Under the pieces are notes generated by a model. That model searched no databases, was not told the origin of the DNA, and was given only the letters and a program-made list of their open reading frames with translations. The translations under genes were made by a program, and so were the position numbers. This document shows positions 58,191 to 64,000 of a stretch of 64,000 nucleotides of DNA, piece after piece; the first letter of the stretch is position 1, and each line of letters opens with the position of its first letter. Source of the stretch: Candidatus Rokuibacteriota bacterium (GTDB taxonomy: Bacteria; Methylomirabilota; Methylomirabilia; Rokubacteriales; CSP1-6). Location: contig QHSP01000015.1 in the NCBI GenBank assembly GCA_003220495.1, positions 196,610 to 260,609 of the forward strand. The letters run 5' to 3'.

Positions 58191-60512
58191 GTGCCCGACA
58201 AATTCACCGGCCGGCCCATCAGGCGCCTCGAGGATCCTCGGCTGCTGCGCGGCCAGGCCCTCTACGTCGACGACCTGCGCGTGCCGGGAGCTCTCCACGT
58301 GGCGTTCGCCCGCAGCATTTATCCCCACGCCACCTTCCAGGTCGCCCCCACCGCGGCGCGGGCCGTTCCGGCGGTCGTCGGCGTGTTCACTGCCGCCGAT
58401 CTCCAGGCCGAGCGCGGCTTCCGCGAGATCCCCGCGGTCATCGATCACCCGGCGCTTCGACCGTGCCGGCAGCTTCCGCTGGCCCGCGACAAGGTTCGTT
58501 ACGTCGGCGAGCCGATCGCCGCCGTCGTCGCCGAGAGCCGGTACGCGGCCCAGGACGGCGTGGCGGCGCTCGGGATCTCGTACGATCCGCTCGCCGCCGT
58601 GCCCGACGCGCACGCGGCCGTCGCTGCCGGCGCGCCGCTCCTGCACGACCGGATCGAGGGCAACGTCGCCGCCGACTTCACCGTGCGGTCGGGCGATGCC
58701 GACGGCGCGTTTCGGCGCGCCGAGGTCGTGACGCGCGGGCGCTACTACGTCCACCGCTACACCGGGATGCCGCTGGAGACGCGCGGCGTCCTGGCCGCGT
58801 ACGACACCGGCACGCAGAGCCTCACGGTCTGGTCATCGACCCAGTGGCCTCACACTCTGCGCGACGCGCTTCGCGACGTCTTCGGGCTCAGCGAGCATCG
58901 GATTCGCGTGATCGCGCCGGACGTGGGCGGTGGCTTCGGCGTGAAGCAGGAGATCTATCCGGAAGAGATCGTGCTCGCGCTGCTGGCGATGCGCCTGGGC
59001 GCGCCGGTGAAATGGATCGAGACGCGTCACGAGCACGTGACGAACACCGCGCACGCGCGCGAGCAGTGGCACGACGTCGAGCTCGCGGCGCGCCGCGACG
59101 GGACGATCGTCGCGATGCGCGCCGAGCTGCTCGCCGACCTCGGCGCCTACACGCGGAGCCTCGGGGTGCTCTGTCCCTCGATCACCGCGGCGAGCTTGCC
59201 GGGGCCCTACCGGATCCGTGACTATACGTGCCGCGTGCGCGCGGCGCTCACGTGCAAGGCGCCGGCGGCCGCGTATCGAGGCGCCGGGCAGCCGGAGGCG
59301 GTGTTCGCGGTCGAGCGCGCCGTGGATCAGCTCGCGCAGGAGCTCGGGATGGATCCCGCCGAAGTCCGCCGGAAGAACTTCATCCGTCGCGACGAGTTCC
59401 CGTGGGAGCTCGGGCTCTCGTCGGCGCAGGTCCCGGTGGTCTACGACAGCGGCGACTACGAAGCGTCGCTCGACGCCGCGCTGACCCTGGCGCGCTACCG
59501 GGAGCGACGTGCCGAGCAAGCCGTTGAGCGCGCCAGGGGTGACCGCGGTCGCCTCGTCGGCGTTGGCATCGCCTCGTACGTGCTGCTCACCGGGCTCGGA
59601 CCCCACGAGGGCGCGGTGCTGCGCGTGGACCCGACCGGCCAGGCGCTGCTCGTCACCGGCGCCTCGCCGCACGGTCAAGGAACCGCCACAGTGCTGGCCC
59701 AGGTGGTCGCCGACGAGCTCGGCCTCGAGCCTCACGACGTCGTCGTCCGGCACGGCGACACCGCGATGATCCCGTTCGGCGTCGGAACCTACGCGAGTCG
59801 CAATGCGGTCGTGGCCGGCAGCGCCGCGCTCGTCGCCGCCCGCGCCGTCGCCGACAAGGCGCGTCGACTAGCCGCGCACCGGCTGGAGGTGGCCGAGGGG
59901 GACCTCGAGCTCGCCGGCGGCGCCGTGCGCGTCGTGGGAGCGCCGCACCGACGGCTATCGCTCGGGGAGATCGCGGCCGCGTGCGCGCCCGGCTCACCGT
60001 TGCCGGAGGGCATGAGCCCAGGCCTCGAAGCCACGCGGTATTTCCTGGCGCCGCGACCAACCTTCGCGAGCGGCGTGCACGTCGCGGTCGTCGCGGTGGA
60101 CCGTGACACCGGCGGTGTCGAGATCGTCGACTACGTCGCCGCGAGCGACGCCGGACGGCTGATCAACCCGCTCATCGTCGAGGGCCAGATCCACGGGGGC
60201 GTCGCCCAGGGTGTCGGCGGCGCCCTGTACGAAGAGCTCGCCTACGACGAGCACGCCCAGCCGCGCGCTCAATCGCTGATGGAATACGTCATGCCCACCG
60301 CTGGCCAGATTCCCGCGATCAAGATCGCCAACCTCGTCACGCCGAGCCCGCTCAACCCGCTCGGCGTGAAGGGCGTCGGTGAGGGCGGTGCCCTGGCGCC
60401 TCCGGCCGCGATCACGGCCGCGGTCGAGGACGCGCTCCGTCCCTTCGGTGCCCACATCGTGGGCACTCCGATCCGGGCCGAGGACGTGCTGCGCCTCATG
60501 CGCCGGTCTTGA
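58191..60512 (+). CDS. Xanthine dehydrogenase/CoxL-family molybdopterin-binding subunit
   Basis: RLEDPRLLRG, DVGGGFG, AYRGAGQP, HGQG, KGVGEG; start placed at GTG 58191 (ORF track gives TTG 58170). Confidence 0.9.
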   Translation: MPDKFTGRPIRRLEDPRLLRGQALYVDDLRVPGALHVAFARSIYPHATFQVAPTAARAVPAVVGVFTAADLQAERGFREIPAVIDHPALRPCRQLPLARDKVRYVGEPIAAVVAESRYAAQDGVAALGISYDPLAAVPDAHAAVAAGAPLLHDRIEGNVAADFTVRSGDADGAFRRAEVVTRGRYYVHRYTGMPLETRGVLAAYDTGTQSLTVWSSTQWPHTLRDALRDVFGLSEHRIRVIAPDVGGGFGVKQEIYPEEIVLALLAMRLGAPVKWIETRHEHVTNTAHAREQWHDVELAARRDGTIVAMRAELLADLGAYTRSLGVLCPSITAASLPGPYRIRDYTCRVRAALTCKAPAAAYRGAGQPEAVFAVERAVDQLAQELGMDPAEVRRKNFIRRDEFPWELGLSSAQVPVVYDSGDYEASLDAALTLARYRERRAEQAVERARGDRGRLVGVGIASYVLLTGLGPHEGAVLRVDPTGQALLVTGASPHGQGTATVLAQVVADELGLEPHDVVVRHGDTAMIPFGVGTYASRNAVVAGSAALVAARAVADKARRLAAHRLEVAEGDLELAGGAVRVVGAPHRRLSLGEIAAACAPGSPLPEGMSPGLEATRYFLAPRPTFASGVHVAVVAVDRDTGGVEIVDYVAASDAGRLINPLIVEGQIHGGVAQGVGGALYEELAYDEHAQPRAQSLMEYVMPTAGQIPAIKIANLVTPSPLNPLGVKGVGEGGALAPPAAITAAVEDALRPFGAHIVGTPIRAEDVLRLMRRS

Positions 60513-60568
60513 CGTCGGCCGTGGCTCGGTCTTAGCTTCCTGGGACAGTCGGCTCAAAGGAGGCGTGC

Positions 60569-61591
60569 ATGTTGACCAGAACCGTGGCGCTCGTCGCCCT
60601 GCTGCTGCTCGCGCTACCGGCGTGGCGCTCGAGCGCCGAGGCGCAGACCAAAGTGAGGTTCGCGCTCGACTGGCAGATCCAGGGCCCGCAGGCCCCGTTC
60701 ATCACCGCCAAGGCGCTCGGCGCATTCGCGGCGCAGGGTCTCGACGTCACGATCGATCGCGGAACCGGCTCGCAGAAGACGATCGAGCAGGTGGCGACCG
60801 GAACCTACGACCTCGGCTACGGCGACATCAACTCGATGATCGAGTACAACGTCAAGAATCCGCAGACGCCGCTGATCGCAGTCGGGATGGTCCTGAACTC
60901 GCCGCCCTTTGCGCTGCTCTCGCTCAAGCGCTACGGGATCCGCGATCCGAAAGACCTCAAGGGCGCCAGCATCGGCGCGCCGGCCGGCGACGCGCCGCGG
61001 CGGCTCTGGCCGATCTTCGCGAAGAACATCGGGCTACCCGCCGACAGCGTGACCTGGACCAACATGGCGCCGCCGCTCCGTGAGCCCGCCCTCGTCAAGG
61101 GCGATGTCAAGGCGATCTCCGGCTTCTACTTCACCGGCTATCTCAACCTGACCGAAAATCTCAAGATCCCCGAGGCGGACGTCGTCGCGTTCAAGTACAG
61201 CGATCACGGCATCGACCTCTACGGCAACGCCGTGGTCGCGCGCGTCGACTGGCTCAAGGCGAACGCGGACACCGTACGTCGCTTCCTCGCCGCGCTCAAC
61301 ACCGGATTCAAGGCGACCCTGAAGGATCCAACCGCGGCCATCGCGCACATCCGAGCGGCCGAGCCGTTGACGAACGAGAGCACCGAGCTCAAGCGTCTGC
61401 AGCTGGCGATCAGCGCGAACATGATCAACGACGAGGTGCGGAGGAACGGCCTCTTGGCCATCGACCCGGCGCGGATGCAGCGCGCGATCGAGCAGGTCGT
61501 CGCCTCGTTCGAGCTCGGGGCGAAGCCCACCGTCGCGCAGGTCTTCACAGGCGCCTATCTGCCGCCCGCCGCCGACCGGAAGCTGGACTGA
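60569..61591 (+). CDS. NMT1/THI5-like ABC substrate-binding protein (probable purine/pyrimidine uptake)
   Basis: AGGAGG RBS, Sec signal, FALDW, GLDVTIDRGTGS, YGN; purine cluster context. Confidence 0.88.
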   Translation: MLTRTVALVALLLLALPAWRSSAEAQTKVRFALDWQIQGPQAPFITAKALGAFAAQGLDVTIDRGTGSQKTIEQVATGTYDLGYGDINSMIEYNVKNPQTPLIAVGMVLNSPPFALLSLKRYGIRDPKDLKGASIGAPAGDAPRRLWPIFAKNIGLPADSVTWTNMAPPLREPALVKGDVKAISGFYFTGYLNLTENLKIPEADVVAFKYSDHGIDLYGNAVVARVDWLKANADTVRRFLAALNTGFKATLKDPTAAIAHIRAAEPLTNESTELKRLQLAISANMINDEVRRNGLLAIDPARMQRAIEQVVASFELGAKPTVAQVFTGAYLPPAADRKLD

Positions 61592-61947
61592 ACGACGGCG
61601 TGAAGACAATCTTCGCGGGGGCGCCTCGAAGCCCTGGGCCAGCCGCCCAACCCGGTACGCCAGCCGTTCGAAGCAGTGGGGGGGCTTGGGGGAGGAGCGG
61701 CGCTGCGCTCCCCCCCATGTACGTCGCCTCGTTCGAGCTCGGGGCGAAGCCCACCGTCGCACCGGTCTTCACAGGTGCCTATCTGCCGCCCGCCGCCGAC
61801 CGGAAGCTGGACTTGAACGACGGCGTGAAGACAATCTTCGCGGGGGCGCCTCGAAGCCCTGGGCCAGCCGCCCAACCCGGTACGCCGGCCGTTCGAAGCG
61901 GTGGGGGGGCTTGGGGGAGGAGCGGCGCTGCGCTCCCCCCCATGTAC
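61499..61947 (+). repeat. Tandem duplication, 224 bp (61499-61722) + 225 bp (61723-61947), of the SBP 3' end plus a palindromic intergenic element
   Basis: Direct comparison: 5 substitutions and a 1-nt insertion between the copies. Confidence 0.93.
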
Positions 61948-61949
61948 AT

Positions 61950-62759
61950 CTGAACCCTCCGGGCGCCCAAACGGCCGTCGCGATTCGCGACGTCTCCTAC
62001 GACTACGTCACCAACGGCCGCGTGACCCGCGCGCTCGCCCGCGTCTCCCTCGAGATCGAGCGCGGGACGACCGTGGCGTTCGTGGGGCCGAGCGGCTGCG
62101 GCAAGTCCACGTTGCTCAAGCTGATCGCGGGGCTCGTGCGACCGACCGAGGGCGCGATTGCCGTCGACGGGCTCACGGTCGCCGGCCCCCTGAAGAACGT
62201 CGGGATGGCGTTTCAGAACCCCGTGCTGCTGCCCTGGCGCACCGTCCTCGACAACCTCTTGCTGCCGCTCGAGATCCTCCGCGAGAACCAGGATCCACGC
62301 GCGCCGGCCCGCGCGCTCTGGGGCGAGCGCGCGAGCGCGCTGCTCGGCACCGTCGGGCTCGCGGGCGCCGAGCACCGTCAGCCCCGCGAGCTCTCCGGCG
62401 GGATGCGCCAGCGCGTGAGCCTCTGCCGGGCGCTCATCCACGAGCCGGCGCTGCTGCTCCTCGACGAGCCGTTCGCCTCGCTGGACGCGTTCACGCGAGA
62501 AGAAATGTGGGAGCTTCACCAGCAGCTTCGGCTGCAGCGCGAGTTCACGGGGGTGCTGGTGACTCACGACCTCCGCGAGGCAGTGTTCCTCGCCCAGACC
62601 ATCTACGTGATGTCGGCGAGCCCCGGGCGCATCGCCCACGTCCACCGGGTGAGCCTCCGGGCGCCGCGAACCCTGGAGCAGCTCTACAGTGCCGAGGCGA
62701 CCGCGCTCATCCGGGACATGCGCGAGCAGATCCGCCCGAGCCGGCGGGCCGTGGCGTGA
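61950..62759 (+). CDS. NitT/TauT-type ABC ATP-binding protein (start uncertain: CTG 61950 or TTG 61911)
   Basis: GPSGCGKST, FQNPVLLPWR, LSGGMRQR, LLDEPF, VTHD. Confidence 0.9.
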   Translation: MNPPGAQTAVAIRDVSYDYVTNGRVTRALARVSLEIERGTTVAFVGPSGCGKSTLLKLIAGLVRPTEGAIAVDGLTVAGPLKNVGMAFQNPVLLPWRTVLDNLLLPLEILRENQDPRAPARALWGERASALLGTVGLAGAEHRQPRELSGGMRQRVSLCRALIHEPALLLLDEPFASLDAFTREEMWELHQQLRLQREFTGVLVTHDLREAVFLAQTIYVMSASPGRIAHVHRVSLRAPRTLEQLYSAEATALIRDMREQIRPSRRAVA

Positions 62760-63511
62760 GCCCGCACCTGCGCCGGCTCGTCCTGCCGCTCGTGGTCTTT
62801 GGGGGCCTGGTGCTCGTCTGGGAGATGGCCGTGCCGGCGCTCAGGATCCAGCAGATCGTGCTCCCAGCGCCGAGTGGGGTGGTGCGAACCATGGTGCAGA
62901 CGGCCGGGCCGATCGCGTTTCACGCCCGGCACACGCTCGTGACGACGTTGATCGGCTTCGCGGCGGCGGTCGGCCTCGGGCTCTTGCTGGGCTTCCTCAT
63001 CGGCGCCTCGGCGACGGCGAACGACGCGCTCTATCCGCTGCTGGTCGGCTTCAACAGCATCCCGAAGGCGGCGGTGGTGCCGATGCTCGTGATGTGGTTC
63101 GGCATCGGCGCCGTGCCGGCGGTGCTCACCGCGTTCCTGCTGGCGTTCTTTCCCGTCGCGGTCAACGTCGCCCTCGGGCTCGCGACGCTCGAGGCCGAGC
63201 TGCGCGACGTGCTGCGGGTCCTCGGGGCGTCGCGGTGGCAGGTCTTCCGAAAGGTCGGCGTCCCGAGAACGATGCCGCTCTTTTTTGCTTCGCTCAAGGT
63301 CGCGGTCTCTTCGGCGTTCGTGGGCTCGGTGATCTCCGAGACGGTCGCGTCGAACGCCGGAATCGGCTATTTGATGGCGGTGGCGGCGTCGGACTTCAAC
63401 ACGCGGCTCGCCTTCGGCGGCCTGTTCGTGCTGGCCGCGATGGGCGTAGCGCTCTACGGGGTCTTCGCGGCCATCGAACGACGCATAACGGCCTGGGCTT
63501 ACGCGGAGTAG
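62756..63511 (+). CDS. NitT/TauT-type ABC permease
   Basis: LPAPS, IPKAAVVP--VMWFGIG, GASRWQ, ETVASNAGIGY; GTGA overlap. Confidence 0.9.
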   Translation: MSPHLRRLVLPLVVFGGLVLVWEMAVPALRIQQIVLPAPSGVVRTMVQTAGPIAFHARHTLVTTLIGFAAAVGLGLLLGFLIGASATANDALYPLLVGFNSIPKAAVVPMLVMWFGIGAVPAVLTAFLLAFFPVAVNVALGLATLEAELRDVLRVLGASRWQVFRKVGVPRTMPLFFASLKVAVSSAFVGSVISETVASNAGIGYLMAVAASDFNTRLAFGGLFVLAAMGVALYGVFAAIERRITAWAYAE

Positions 63512-63515
63512 GGTA

Positions 63516-64000
63516 GTGGACACCTTGATCCTCGACTGGCTGAACATCGGCCTTCGCTGGGTGCACCTGATCGCGGGGATCGGGTGGATCGGCACCTCGC
63601 TCTACTTCATGTGGCTCGACGCCGCGTTGATCCGCGACGACCCGCCGCGAGGCGACGTCGAGGGTCACACGTGGCTGCTCCACAGCGGCGGGTTCTACCT
63701 GGTCGAGCGGCGCAGGCTGCCGCCGGGGCAGCTGCCGTCGCCGATCCACTGGTTCAAGTGGGAAGCCGCGATGACGTGGCTGACCGGCTTCCCGCTCCTG
63801 GTGCTCGTCTACTACCTGACGCGGGGCGTGTACCTCGTCGATCCCTCGGTGTCCTCGATCACGCCGGGCCAGGCGGTCGCGCTCGGGATCGGGCTCCTGA
63901 TCGTCGGCTGGGCCGGCTACGACCTCCTGTGGAGCTCACCGCTCGCGCGCGGCTCCGGCCTCGCCGCCGCGCTCGTTTCCTGGGTGCTCCTGCTCGCGGT
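63516..64000 (+). CDS. puuD: Urate hydroxylase PuuD (membrane cytochrome c-type urate oxidase), 3'-truncated by window edge
   Basis: Translated by hand (absent from ORF track): DWLNIGLRWVHLIAGIGWIGTSLYFMWLD...HSGGFY...HWFKWEAAMTWLTG. Confidence 0.88.
   Translation, partial: MDTLILDWLNIGLRWVHLIAGIGWIGTSLYFMWLDAALIRDDPPRGDVEGHTWLLHSGGFYLVERRRLPPGQLPSPIHWFKWEAAMTWLTGFPLLVLVYYLTRGVYLVDPSVSSITPGQAVALGIGLLIVGWAGYDLLWSSPLARGSGLAAALVSWVLLLA

Noticed and set aside
23695..60512. Calling the Mo subunits aerobic CO dehydrogenase (form I CoxL)
   Set aside because: None has the AYxCSFR active-site motif, and no cox accessory genes are present
61600..61953. 117-aa ORF spanning the tandem duplication
   Set aside because: By-product of the duplicated SBP tail and palindromic element; no independent coding evidence

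Overview
High-GC (roughly 70% by eye) bacterial window with about 55 intact genes, almost all for solute uptake and small-molecule catabolism. The gene content resembles Candidatus Rokubacteria (Methylomirabilota), but this is inference only. It holds two Dpp/Opp-type ABC clusters, Fe/polyamine-type and NitT/TauT-type ABC systems, four cobalamin-independent methionine synthase-like (MetE C-terminal) paralogues and three stand-alone xanthine dehydrogenase/CoxL-like molybdopterin subunits. It also holds iron genes (bfd-bfr, cupredoxin + FTR1), an orphan phosphopantetheinyl transferase, and a purine-catabolism cluster (pucG, puuE, Mo-hydroxylase, purine-type ABC, puuD) that carries an unexpected UbiD-family decarboxylase. 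Non-coding signals: (i) a dispersed ~50-bp hairpin repeat (5 copies) plus two other palindromic elements, some in frame inside protein N-termini; (ii) a TTAGG-N4-CCTAA operator overlapping the promoters of both iron loci; (iii) several leaderless or bidirectional -10 elements; (iv) a diverged 224/225-bp tandem duplication; (v) three small gene remnants. I recognised no rRNA, tRNA, CRISPR array, transposase or transcription-factor gene. All product calls come from motif recognition by eye, not database searches.
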